DNA of 63,790 nucleotides, counting the filler, from Basidiobolus ranarum (Eukaryota): the NCBI GenBank assembly GCA_040143965.1. It is 38 parts of 38 records of this genome, joined end to end, with 100 filler letters (N's around TTAATTAATTAA, not from the genome) between each part and the next. Parts side by side here need not be neighbours in the genome. Positions count along the whole stretch, not along the records: positions 37,072 to 38,651 come from JASJQH010004793.1; positions 38,752 to 40,330 come from JASJQH010004794.1; positions 40,431 to 42,009 come from JASJQH010004795.1; positions 42,110 to 43,687 come from JASJQH010004796.1; positions 43,788 to 45,365 come from JASJQH010004797.1; positions 45,466 to 47,041 come from JASJQH010004798.1; positions 47,142 to 48,717 come from JASJQH010004799.1; positions 48,818 to 50,393 come from JASJQH010004800.1; 30 more parts are not named here. One strand, written 5' to 3'. Shown here piece after piece: positions 38,147 to 50,493 of the stretch. A model generated the notes under the pieces. It saw only the letters and a list, made by a program, of their open reading frames with translations. It was not told where the DNA came from and did not search any database. The position numbers were made by a program, and so were the translations under genes. The number at the start of each line of letters is the position of its first letter. Position 1 is the stretch's first letter.

Positions 38147-38651
38147 TTAAACTTCTACGCTTCTACGGCCATATCCGTGACCATATCTAACATTATGGCG
38201 GAAGTGGTTACGCTCATTAAACCCAATGTGAATTCTACCATCCAACAGATTACACACTCCAGGGCTAACTCTAACACCAGCAAGTTGAGCAGCACCGACA
38301 ATTACCCGACATTTGAGTCGCTCAAGACGAAGCAAGTCAATATCGATGCTCAAGTTGAGACAGAAATTGATATCAATGTCAGTACCACATACTGTGCGGA
38401 TTTTGGTAATGATTGCCTTACAAGACTTTGGACTGCATGGCTTTCCCGGAGTTGGTGGACGGATAGAAGGCATAGGTGGATATACTGGTGGCTTGGAAGG
38501 CTTGCACGTCTTGCATGGAGGCTTCTCATATGTTGGTGGCTTGACTGGAGGCTTAGGTGGTTTACAAGCCTTGCAAGGAGGATTAACAGGTTTTGGGGGC
38601 TGGACTGGAGGTTTCGTAGGTTTACATGTCTTACAAGGAGGCTTCTCATAT
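38147..38651 (-). CDS. Pro/Lys-rich extensin-like protein with CxxC repeats and a C-terminal Cys domain, 5' truncated
   Basis: Open from the contig edge: YEKPPCKTCKPTKPPVQPPKPVNPPCKACKPPKPP...SCKAIITKIRTVCGTDIDINFCLNL. Confidence 0.75.
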
Positions 38652-38859
38652 NNNNNNNNNNNNNNNNNNNNNNNNNNNNNNNNNNNNNNNNNNNNTTAAT
38701 TAATTAANNNNNNNNNNNNNNNNNNNNNNNNNNNNNNNNNNNNNNNNNNNNATATTGAATTCAATAAAACATAAGTGTCTAATTCACAAATCCAAATCTT
38801 GTCTAAAACACTTCCAAATCCCCTAAACACTTTTATCAACCATAACTTAAATAGTAAGA

Positions 38860-39591
38860 GGCAACCTATGATAGCAATTTCTACTACAGAACATGAGTTT
38901 ATGGCTGCCTCTGCTACTACACAAGAAGCTATGTTGTTTAGGAAGTTATTTACAGACCTAGGATATATGCAAAAATGTCCTACTACTGTAATTGAAGATA
39001 ATCAAAGTTGTATTTCATTAGCTAAAAACTCTATATTTCATTCTTGAACAAAACATATAGATATTAGGCATCATTTTCTAAGAGAAGCAATAGAGAGTAA
39101 TATAATTGAACATGTCTTTTGCACTATTAAAGTAAAGATTGCAGACACCTTAACCAAACCTTTAGCTAAAGCCCAACTCAAAATATTAAGATATAAGTTA
39201 GGTTTAAGAGAAATACATAATAATTTGTTTAGTGGGAATGTTGCAATCAGGTAGAGAGCAACTCATTATTTAGTACTTGGTTGATTCATATTCTGATTAT
39301 TTAGCACTTAGTTCTGTCATTGAAAAATGTGTGTTTATTGCTCCAATTGATATTTCTTTCAATTAGTGCATTTTATCAATTATCACTATTTTTGTAAATC
39401 TTCTCTAAAGCATCTGTATTTTTCATCCATCCTTATCAGGCATGTTTGTTATGATGTAAGCACATCCAATAGTTGTATTTCATAGTATACTAGAAACAGG
39501 ACCTATTCAATTTTATAAAAGTTAAGTGTTGAACTCAAAAATCTAAAACCTGTCCAAAACACTTCCTATTCCACTAAGCACTTTTATCATA
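38860..39591 (+). mobile_element. Third Copia family: RNase H end, PPT and LTR family G (39239-~39591), followed by a Copia protease fragment
   Basis: AISTTEHEFMAA, EDNQSCISLAKN, ADTLTKPL; AGTGGGAA then TGTTGC; similar LTR end at 38752-38840. Confidence 0.8.
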
Positions 39592-39784
39592 GCAAACACT
39601 CAAAAACATGCTACATTGTTGCAGGAGCTTCACAACACATGTCAAATAAAAAAGATTGACTTTCCAGTGGAAAACCCATCCAAACAAGGTGAGTCTACTT
39701 AGGTGATGACTACATGTTGGAAGCAGTTTGTGAAGCAAATGTGCTCAAAGACCAAAATTCAGCTGCACCATCTGCCAAATTGTA

Positions 39785-40330
39785 TAGACTTGTTCCATCA
39801 GAGCAGGTCAGATTGTGCCGCTCAATCCAGCCTACTAGTACACCATCTGGCGTGATCTGTCAATTACCATGGCTGGGTCCTATAACACTTGATTGGACAC
39901 TAAAAGGAACAATATGGCACTATCACACCACAATTGGACACAATGATTTTTTTGGAGATATCGTGTCAACCCGTACCAAGTTACCCCATGTAGTATTGCC
40001 AAATTATGATTTTGGGTAACTGACAAAGTAAATTCATCCCCTAATTTGTAACTTACAAATTGCTGAATGTGTAACAATGAACAATTTATACTGTAACTTA
40101 CCCAATTAAATGTATAACCAAGACATTTACATGTTTTTAGGCCAATCATTTGTCCCTCACTAACACAGTACCCTGATTTTCAATTGGGCACGACAGCTCC
40201 TGCATTACAAAACACCAGCAGTTTTGGCACACCGGTGACAAATCACAGCACTCAATGATGGATCAATCTGCAGTATGATAGTAGTGATCAGGATTGCTTG
40301 ATTCATCATTTTTAGATCAGCAAATTATTT
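39785..40330 (+). mobile_element. Family F (hAT-like) terminus, longest copy
   Basis: Begins TAGACTTGTTCCATC; GTGCC/GGCAC and TTACCC subterminal repeats. Confidence 0.55.
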
Positions 40331-41765
40331 NNNNNNNNNNNNNNNNNNNNNNNNNNNNNNNNNNNNNNNNNNNNTTAATTAATTAANNNNNNNNNNNNNN
40401 NNNNNNNNNNNNNNNNNNNNNNNNNNNNNNAGCCAGTAGATAGCCAGTAGATAGCCAGTAGATAATAACATAGCATTAGTACTCTATTTAATACCCCTTA
40501 GGGTTAGGGTTAGGATCAGACTTAGTACCTTATTGGCATCTATTAGTTAATCCATAGAATACATAAATAAATTGGAGGTGTTTAGTTTAATCAGAAGTAA
40601 TATGTGATTTGCACTGATTAATTGAAGCAAAAATACATATCTATTCCCAAGTTGAAGGGTTGGAAGAATACAAGGTGCTTAGGAGTTGAGAAATGTAAAT
40701 ATTATGATTTCGAAGGATGTATATGACCTGATCACAAATAAAGTATAGTAGGATAATGTGTCTGTGTTTGAAACATCTGTGGGAGCAAAATGAGCTATCC
40801 ATTAGATAATTTGGACAATTTCACAATTTCAAGATCAGTATGGTGAATCTTTGATAATTCCCATATCTCCTTAATATATACTCTAATTTCAAGTTGAGCA
40901 ACAACTAACTTGGACCACATGTATGACATAGAGGAATGCATTGAATATGATTGAGATAATATAACTCAGCATGAAAATAACGTAAAATAGTAAATGGTAT
41001 ACATTTTGGAGATACCACCGATTTCAGACAAAAGGCCAAACTTCCTGGAGAATATAATGACTAAATATGCAGATGCTCCTTGCGCTAGTTCCATGATTAA
41101 TAGTACTTGTGGGAGAAAAATATTTCTTGTTTAACATGCTATAGGCAGTATACTCAGCTGTGCATATTCACAATAATACAAAGAAATACCAAATTTGAAC
41201 TTTGTAGTTAATTTAGCCGATTTTAAAGTATTTACAGAGAGTGAGTATAGTATCATGCATCTAGGATAATGAGGAACTTGAGGTAGAAGTACAAGTTGCC
41301 TTGTACAAGCTTGAAATATTAGAATTAGCGCTTGGCTGCTCAGATTTCTTGCTTAGCACAGTTGATAAATTTTAGTTCAAATATGAAGGTCAAATGTGTC
41401 ACATATATTTTGGATATTTCTGACAAATGTTACAAATATTTGAAACTTTTGGGAATTTTGAAACTCATTTGAAGCTCTTCATCCTTCAAGCCCAACTTTG
41501 CAAGCATACTATATGCACATTATAGGCTTTAACTGTCTTGATTTTCATCATAAGTATATATACCAATTTTCAATTAAACATTGCACCAAGGCCAAATCAG
41601 ATATTTCCTCTGGTAGTCCCAGTGGCTTTCAATAGCTCCTAAATACTCACAACAGAATGTACCCTTTTATAGGTCCCTCAATATTTTGATACTTTCACCA
41701 TTGTCAAAGTTGCTATAGTCTCTAGGGAAATGATTTCTTGCATCCGTCAGAGTATTGAGAGGCCT

Positions 41766-42009
41766 GTTGGAAGTGGATTTGCAAACTAGAGAAACTGGTG
41801 GTTTTCACATATTAATTATTGAGCAGAAGGTAGACAATTATAGTTTTGTCAAGACATGATCAAAAAAACATGTAGAATATGTTAAGGAAAGCCTCAGGAG
41901 CATACGTGCAAAGATTGGGGCTCCTAGCAAAAAGTTGAAAAATCTATATATCTGAGTACTTCTGATCTGGTAAGTATATTACAAGTAAGTTCTGATTGAG
42001 AATGGAGAG
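41766..42009 (-). mobile_element. Diverged partial LTR family B
   Basis: GGTGGTTTTCAC...ATAGTTTTGTCAAGA...GTGCAAAGATTGGGGCT shared with the other LTR B copies. Confidence 0.7.
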
Positions 42010-42109
42010 NNNNNNNNNNNNNNNNNNNNNNNNNNNNNNNNNNNNNNNNNNNNTTAATTAATTAANNNNNNNNNNNNNNNNNNNNNNNNNNNNNNNNNNN
42101 NNNNNNNNN

Positions 42110-43687
42110 GGAGATCTGCAATGGCTGATGAGTACCAGGCTTTGATTGATAATCAAACTTGGATTTTAACCAACTTACCTGATGATAGAAAATCAAATGG
42201 CTGCCAATGGGTGTTTAAAGTTAAATACAACTCTGATGGCAATATAGAAAGGTACAAGGCTAGACTAGTAGCCAAAGGCTATTCCCAAACATCAGGAATA
42301 GATTATACAGAAACTTTTGCTCCTGTAGCAAAGTTTAATTCAATTAGATTGATTTTAGCAATTTTAGCAAAATATCAGTTTATTTTATATCAAATGAATG
42401 GTGAGCTTGCTGAGGAGATCTATATGGACCAGCCAGATGGATTTGTGGATCCAGAAAACCCTAAAAAAGTTTGCAGACTCCAGAAAACATTCTATGGCTT
42501 AAAATAATCTCCAAGGGCTTGGAATAGCAAGACAGATGCTTTTTGGGAAACACTCAAATTGCAAAAGAGTAATGATGACTATAGTATCTATTTCAGGCCA
42601 GACAAGATGAACCCAGTTTTATTAGCCTTATATATAGATGATCTTATTATAGCAACCAATGACTTGATGACTTTGGAGAAAACCAAATCAAGCTTATCTG
42701 CCAAATTCAAAATGACTGATCTAGGTGAACTAACATACTATCTTGCAATCCAAATTAAGATGGATAGACTACAAAAACAATAACTTTAAACCAGTCTAAG
42801 TATATTCTAGATAAACTAAAAAAGTTTACATTGGAAGAATGTAATCCAGTATCTATCCCAATGGAGACAAATCTTAACTTGACCAAAAATGGCTGAAATC
42901 AGACGATCTTGGATTCATATCAAAGCCAGAAATTTCCTTATCAATCTATGGTTAGTAGTTTGATGTACATCATGGTTGGAGCATGGCCAGATATTGCATA
43001 CTCTGTGGGAGTTATGTGTCAATATCTTCAAAATTATGGATCTGATCAAATCATAGCAGTTAAGTTGATTTTCAGATATTTGAAAGGTACTATGGATCTA
43101 TGCTTAAAATACACATGTTTTGGATCAAATTTTGATCTGACGGAATATTCTGATGCAAATTGTGGAAGAGATATTAAAGATACAAGATCTACAACAGGAT
43201 ACTTATTTCTTTGCTGTAATGGAGCTATTTCTTGGAATTCAAAGAAACAACCTACCATAGCACTTTCAACAACAGAAGCTGAATACATGGCTGCCTGTGA
43301 AGCAACAAAAGAAGCAATATGGTTAAGAAAACTCTTAACAGATTTGGGTTATTCTCAAAATTCACCAACTACAATATTTCAAGATAATCAAAGTTGTATC
43401 AAATTAGCTAAAAATCCCACGTTTCATAATAGAAGCAAACACATAGATATTAAGCATCACTTCATTAGAGAGACTATAGAGAATAAGTTTATTGACTTAA
43501 CTTATTGTTCTACAGAAGACATGATTGCTGATATATTAACCAAACCATTAGCTAGACAGAAATTTGAGAAATTTAGACCTTTATTAGGATTAGTTTATAT
43601 GACTATTTAGTTGAGAGAGAGTGTTGAAATTAGCATTGCCTAAACACCTATATAGTCATATATAGCTTAGTACTTAGTTATCTTATA
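42110..43687 (+). mobile_element. Copia B RT-RNase H (stop 43610), PPT and 3' LTR start (43622)
   Basis: YKARLVAKGYSQ, LYIDDL, YSDANCG, RSKHIDIKHHFIRE; TTGAGAGAGAG|TGTTGAAATTAGC. Confidence 0.95.
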
Positions 43688-45465
43688 NNNNNNNNNNNNN
43701 NNNNNNNNNNNNNNNNNNNNNNNNNNNNNNNTTAATTAATTAANNNNNNNNNNNNNNNNNNNNNNNNNNNNNNNNNNNNNNNNNNNNCCTAATCAGGGCA
43801 TCAGTATTAGTAATAGGTACATCTGATTTACGTATTAGGTTAGTCGTGAAATACTTGGCTAATTAATTTGACTGTGCTACACGACTCCAACACTACCCAC
43901 TCCGAAATGTTTCAGGCGCAAAAGTTGAAAATCATTCCCAGTAATGGTACAGATGGAGTGTCATGAAGCATACCTAGATTTGATTGGCTTAGGCAATACC
44001 AAGTGATCGTTGACAGGAAGCATGGTTCAACTCCCCGATTAATGTACAGAGCTCGATTGATCTAGATTTCTTTAATCCGGCAATCGCGATACAAGATGGA
44101 TGGTATAGTCACATGCAGTGAAGAATAAAAAGAAGTAATTGAAGGTTGCAGACAACATGTAAACATATGTGAAGCAGTACTAGAATGTTTCATTTATTAA
44201 ATCAAATCCTAGCCATTATCACCAAATCAGGCCCATAACAGTGATTAATTCTATTAACGACACGTTTGTGAAGTCTGTGGGCTAATGTTCCACAAGAATA
44301 TGAAGTATCCCAATCTAAGGATCAGTATATAAGTGTTGTTGAAATCTCGGATACGCATGAGAGACTAAGCAAACATAAGATAGAGACTCAGGCCCATGAC
44401 TATAACCAACATTCGTATATTACCTTTCGCATAGCTCATCTCGATAGTGATTGGATGCCAATGGATTACATCCTGTAGTAAAGAAGATGCCCAAAATCTA
44501 CTATCGACGGTCAATCTTAGTGGCATATATTATTTGGAGAAGCGGCGTGAACGCAGATGATATCGAGTATCAGATTAGACATGTTATCGAATGGAGAAGA
44601 TATAATTATCATTTAGCATGCATGGGTCATTTTTTCAAACATGACTTCAAGTACTATACAAGCTCTTTGCCATATACATGACCGTGTGACCAAGTATATG
44701 GGTGTTGTATATTGCACGGAAAAACCTTTAACACCATCTCTTAAAGAAAAAGTTATCTTCCGAGTAATCCAGTATGTATCATGTGTAATGAATCAACAAT
44801 GGAAATATGACTTACTATAGAGAAGTTATGTAAGATGTAGTGGTCTCAAATATATCATAAAAATACGCCTAATTGAAATTTGATCGTTAAGTAACGATGG
44901 CAATTTTTTGAAACAAAAGAGTACTCTAACATCTTTCATATTTATCCACCCACAGCCCATCACTAAGCCTCAACCTCCATCTTTTAAGTCAGTGAACTAT
45001 TAGTACGTCTATGGTCAAGTATGGCCTAAATTCAAGGCAATGTTATCTGAGTTAAATATAACACGATCAAGTTGCTATAAAGTAGCATATTGAGCTTGGT
45101 TCCAGAGGTGAGTGCAATTTTCGGGACTTGATTCACTGATAAATTGACTGATCAACTTTATTTCAATTGTGCTATTTTGATAGGGTTGATCAGGGGAAAA
45201 TCGAGTGGCATTCCTGCCCGATTTGGGAGTGTGATAATGTTGAAACTTGTGTATAAAAATGATGACCCATTTCCGATGTCTTATAACTTTGGTTTCCGAT
45301 ATTGGTTTGATTTGAAATTTACACATATAATAAAATTATAGTAGGGAAATATGTATCTAAAGTGTNNNNNNNNNNNNNNNNNNNNNNNNNNNNNNNNNNN
45401 NNNNNNNNNTTAATTAATTAANNNNNNNNNNNNNNNNNNNNNNNNNNNNNNNNNNNNNNNNNNNN

Positions 45466-46851
45466 TCAAATCATTATGGTGTTCTGCTTGCTATTCCCTA
45501 TTTGTAATACTTCTATCCAATTTTTCTATGGAGGGTTGTTCAATAGTTGGCAAAGTAGCCATTTTGGAAGTTGATGATCTTGATGGTGCTTCTATTAAAC
45601 TTTGCTCAACTATTGATGTACTATGTAATTGGGGGATTACAATCTCTTCACTTGCCTTATTGCAGCAAAGGAGCACATCTGGTAGATTGATTAATGCTTC
45701 ATCATTACTTGAGTTAGTTTCCACCATGTCAATGCCTTCCAAAGTGGATAGTGGATTTCTAGACTGCTTGTCAAGTACGTCCTCTGTTCTTGCTGGTTTT
45801 TTTCCTTTTGTGCCACAGGCTTTTGCTTGGAAACCAATTTTGATTTTGTTGAAGTTTATTGTCTTTATCATATTTGTTATCTCTATATTTATACACCTAA
45901 CTACTTCATATATCACGTATAAGTTAGTTAACATTACTTAGTCAAATATCACTCAACTGAAAATTGGAACATATATTATATATATATGTGAATAATGTGA
46001 GAATTAGCAACTCCATATTGGAAATTTCAAACTTATCCAAATTGCCCCAAAGATAGCTTATTTTACTCCCGCAGATGTTCTGAACATAACCCCAGTGTTA
46101 GTTTTCTGTATTTCTACCAAAATGTATAAATGCCTTATTTCTGGACAATAAATAATTGTCTCACAAAGCTATTAACAACTCCACTTTTCAAAAGTTCCTC
46201 CAATCAGCCCATATTTTCCCAATAGATTTAGATTTTGAATGCTTTTTGATTGGCATTGAAATTTTCAGATGGCAATCTTGGTATAATGAAATTGCTTAGA
46301 AACAGCTTTTAATAAACCAAAATTGACATTTATTACTAGAAATATCATGTAAATCCCCTGATGAATCATTGGTGACACCATTGCAGAATCAGCTGATGAT
46401 ATTGATAGGCTATATCTAAAATACTACCCTTACATAGGAGGTGTTCTTTTTTCTACAATATCCTTCTCATGCTGTAAAACAAACATTAAAAGAAACCCAG
46501 CTATTATTGTCACAAATTCTTGTGCTGTGAAAGCTGGAGGCTTTGTAGAAAAAATAATCACAAGCATGGTCACTGTACAAAGCCACCAGCTGCACATAGC
46601 CTGGCTAATATCAACAGTAATAAGTGTACCAAATCAACTTTAGTTTTTCCCACTGAGTCCACTAGCTATGCTTTGCCTCAAAGTTTTGGTAACACTGCCA
46701 AAAGTCAAGATACTGTGGAGTTACCACAGATATATGACCAGAATAATGCAGGTAGAAATGTGACTTTGGTGAAACCAGCAAGTCCAGACTGCTTTGAGGA
46801 CTTGCTGCTAGATGTTGACCTTGGTTATTCCAGTACTGATGGTAGTATATC
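45466..46851. mobile_element. CACTA/CMC central region (ORF B minus, transposase N-term plus), interrupted by solo LTR A; LTR E begins at 46852
   Basis: Homology to 12070-13060. Confidence 0.8.
45847..46224 (+). mobile_element. Complete solo LTR family A (378 bp) with GATTT target-site duplication
   Basis: GATTT at 45842-45846 and 46225-46229; empty allele CCAATTTTGATTTAGATTTTG near 12429-12449; ends TGTTG...CCCAATA. Confidence 0.92.
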
Positions 46852-48155
46852 TGTCATGATTCTGATCTCGGCATACTGATCCACTGCATATGGAACTCTT
46901 CTATTATTAGATTATGACATCATATCTACTGTGCCATCCCTTCTCGGCAATCTGGTGTCAGTTCATCCAGATTACCTTATATGGAAGTCATGTTCTTTGG
47001 AACATTCCATGAAACCTAACCAATCATGTCATCCCTCACATNNNNNNNNNNNNNNNNNNNNNNNNNNNNNNNNNNNNNNNNNNNNTTAATTAATTAANNN
47101 NNNNNNNNNNNNNNNNNNNNNNNNNNNNNNNNNNNNNNNNNCAAGTTTGAAAAATCTATATATCTGAGAACTTCTAAGTTGGTAAAAACATTCTAAGTAA
47201 ATTCCAATTGAGAATAATTGATAATATCTTAGTGAATTATAAGATAACTAAGCACTAAGCTATATATGACTATATAGGTGTTTAGGCAATACTAATTTCA
47301 ACAAGTGCAAGTGTTGAGTTTATTGTCTTTATCATATTTGTTTCCTCTATCTTTATACACCTAACTATCTCATATATCACATATAAGTTAGTTAAGATTA
47401 CTTAGTCAAATATCACATTATTGCAAATTAGAACATATATTATATACATATGTGAATAATATGAGAATTAGCAATTCTATATTGGAAATTCAAACTTGTC
47501 CAAATTACCCCAAAGATAGCACATTTTACTCCCACAGATGTTCTGGGCACAACCCCAGTGTTAGTTATCTGTATTTCTACCAAAATGCACAAATGCTTTA
47601 TTTTTGGACAATAAATAACTATCTCACAAAGCTTTTCACTACCCACTTTTCTAAAGTACCTGCAAACAGCTCATATCTTCCAATAGTTTAATATGTCTTA
47701 ATTAGGATTTCAAGATAGAACATTGGTTCACCATGATCAGTGATTTTGGATTTGGCTGGTAAGCTAAATCTTGTTGAAAATAGCATTGTATAAACACCTA
47801 TATAGTCATATATAGCTTAGTGCTCAGTTATCTTGAAATTCACTAAGATATTATCCATTATTATCAATTGGAATTTAATTAGTATATTTTTACCAACTTA
47901 CAAGTTCCTAGATATATAGTTCTGTCAAACTTGTGCTAGAAGTCCCAAACTTGAACACACATTCCTGGGACCTTTTTAATGAATTCTTCACGTTAGTTTG
48001 CTTACATCTGGACAAAACTTTAAATGACGACTGAACACTCATTCAATCAATAAGTGAATATCACCAATTTCTCTAATTCTTTACATTACTTCCAACAGAC
48101 TCTCAAATACTTGAGCAGGATATGACCCCAAGCTTGCACTCTGTGATGTGTCTAC

Positions 48156-48438
48156 TATTGAAATTATTTAGGGAGAAATATAGGTCTGGCCAGTATTTGA
48201 ACCTGGGACCTCCTTCACTCTATCAAGGTGCTCTAACCACTGAGCTACCAGTCCTTGTATGCTATGCCTATATTACTAGGGAACCTTAACCTAGTCTGTC
48301 AATGTATGGTACTTTTGGCATTTTAGCTATACAAGCAACTGATTGGCCTTAGACTTTGTGTTCAGATGCAGTCACCATACTCCATATTTTCCTCTTTGGG
48401 AATTACTGCTAGTATCACAAGTGACCAGACTTTCAACA
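48156..48438 (-). mobile_element. 283-bp solo LTR containing a tRNA-like sequence, inserted at the start of Copia B gag
   Basis: Inverted termini TGTTGAAA...TTTCAATA (minus strand); 5-bp TSD TCTAC/TCTAG at 48151-48155 and 48439-48443; absent from the homologous gag starts at 13664 and ~21410. Confidence 0.8.
48183..48254 (-). ncRNA. tRNA-like / pseudo-tRNA Pol III unit inside the LTR
   Basis: GGACTGG TA GCTC AGTGGTTA GAGC A CCTTG ATAGAGT GAAGG AGGTC CCAGG TTCAAAT ACTGG CCAGACC folds as a cloverleaf with A box (TAGCTCAGTGG) and B box (GGTTCAAAT); single mismatches in acceptor, anticodon and T stems; atypical anticodon loop. Confidence 0.8.
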
Positions 48439-48817
48439 TCTAGTTCCCAGATTTATGAAACTTTTCCCTGCTCTGAAAATTGGATGGGACCAATTATTAA
48501 GTTTAAAAAATGACAATGAAAATGCAGCTGCAAGAAAAAGGACTTTGGGACACTGTTGCAGAAGAAGAAAACAATGCATAACTTTCTGAAACCAAAGTTT
48601 GAAAGTGCCTTTGACATAATAAGCCTTAATGTTAAAGACAAATTGCTTAATCCATGTTCAAGAGCTAAAACTACCAAAAAGGTATGGGAGGCCTTGGAAG
48701 ACACCAACTAAGCAAATNNNNNNNNNNNNNNNNNNNNNNNNNNNNNNNNNNNNNNNNNNNNTTAATTAATTAANNNNNNNNNNNNNNNNNNNNNNNNNNN
48801 NNNNNNNNNNNNNNNNN

Positions 48818-49000
48818 CTTGGTAGGAATAGGCCAGTCACCTTCAGCGGCGTGGAGATCAGTGTGGCAAACACCGGTGTATTCAATCTTGACGAGAACAT
48901 CATCAGGTCCAGGAGTAGGGACGGAGATTGTCTTGATCTCAACGGGTTTCTCGTGAGATTCAATGACGGCAGCCTTTTGAGTCTTAGGAATTTGACACAT
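48818..49000 (-). CDS. ADH1: Zn-dependent medium-chain alcohol dehydrogenase (Adh1-type), N-terminus
   Basis: MCQIPKTQKAAV...VPTPGPDDVLVKIEYTGVCHTDLHAAEGDWP; TATA-rich tract at ~49045-49062. Confidence 0.92.
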
Positions 49001-49940
49001 GATTACAATGTTTTGTAAGTAAGGAATAATCACGCTCTGTACTGTATATATATATAAATATATGCACTGTCGAAGCGAATACACGCCTATTATTTCTATC
49101 TTATTCGCTAGCTAATCATATCGATTGTCGTGGGCGAGATGAACCTAGGGTATTTACTGTTGGGGTATCTACTCCGATGTCACCCTTTTGGCATATTGTG
49201 GGTGATGTTAGAATGACTAGAAAAGTAAATACCCGGAAAAACCGGTGTATTGCGTCAATTTTAGTTCGATCAAATTGAGATTCAAAAGATTGTATTCTCT
49301 TTTGTTTCGGTCCAGAGCATAATCTTACCCTCATAATCGGCTCTCTTCAAGCACATGTAAAGATTAAATCCTTATTCGAGTAAGCCTGAATTTGGGGGCT
49401 ATTTCTCGAGGTTAATATGGTGAAACTCAAATTCCAATGATTAAGGTATTGGACTTTGTTGCTTTAATAGTAGCTTGTTTGATATTGTTTTCATCCTTAC
49501 GCTTAGTTTTTAAGGTAGATCCTTTTTGCCAATAATTCTACTTCGATCGTAATAATTTAGGCTTTGCTTTTACACCATCAGATTAACTCAGTAATCATGA
49601 TCTCTCCAATCACTTAGACGATCGGATCGATAGCATAGTATCTTGGGGATTTGCACTCTCGAGCGGCCTGAATAAATGTTCCTTGAAGAGTGTTTTGATC
49701 AAGCCTAGAATTTGTGTCTTAGTTGAAAATGTGGTTCCAAGGATCCCAATCTGCTAACTTTAGAAATCGAATTACTAAATTTCAAAATCTCCTAAGTAGT
49801 GGACCCTGATTGTTTTAATCCATGGCTGGGGGTGAATTCTGATAATGAGTTGATCTGGTATATATAGGCCTCTCAAAACTTGCTCAAACTTCACAGCTTC
49901 AAATAAGTAGCATTTGCTTTTATTAACGCATATAGTCACC
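49001..49940. promoter_or_regulatory. Putative bidirectional promoter between ADH and PDC (940 bp)
   Basis: Divergent ATGs at 49000 and 49941; TATA-like tracts at ~49045-49062 and ~49859-49867; no TE or long ORF between them. Confidence 0.65.
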
Positions 49941-50393
<453 letters not shown>

Positions 50394-50493
50394 NNNNNNN
50401 NNNNNNNNNNNNNNNNNNNNNNNNNNNNNNNNNNNNNTTAATTAATTAANNNNNNNNNNNNNNNNNNNNNNNNNNNNNNNNNNNNNNNNNNNN

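Larger units (their letters stand above)
47142..48717. mobile_element. LTR mosaic: LTR B (-, to 47303), LTR A (+, 47312-47685), Copia B 5' LTR (+, 47772-48117), PBS and gag start
   Basis: Homology to the LTR A and B copies and to gag at 13664. Confidence 0.85.

Noticed and set aside
38177-38707. Plus-strand Gly/Leu-rich and Trp/Arg-rich ORFs
   Set aside because: Antisense shadows of the Pro/Lys-rich gene on the minus strand
43788-45365. Unique CpG-containing contig with short ORFs (44451-44681, 45144-45341)
   Set aside because: No recognisable motif or convincing exon structure; treated as intergenic
48183-48254. Functional tRNA-Ser(AGA) gene
   Set aside because: Stem mismatches, purine at position 32, no long variable arm and location inside a TSD-flanked insertion argue for a tRNA-derived promoter, not a decoding tRNA
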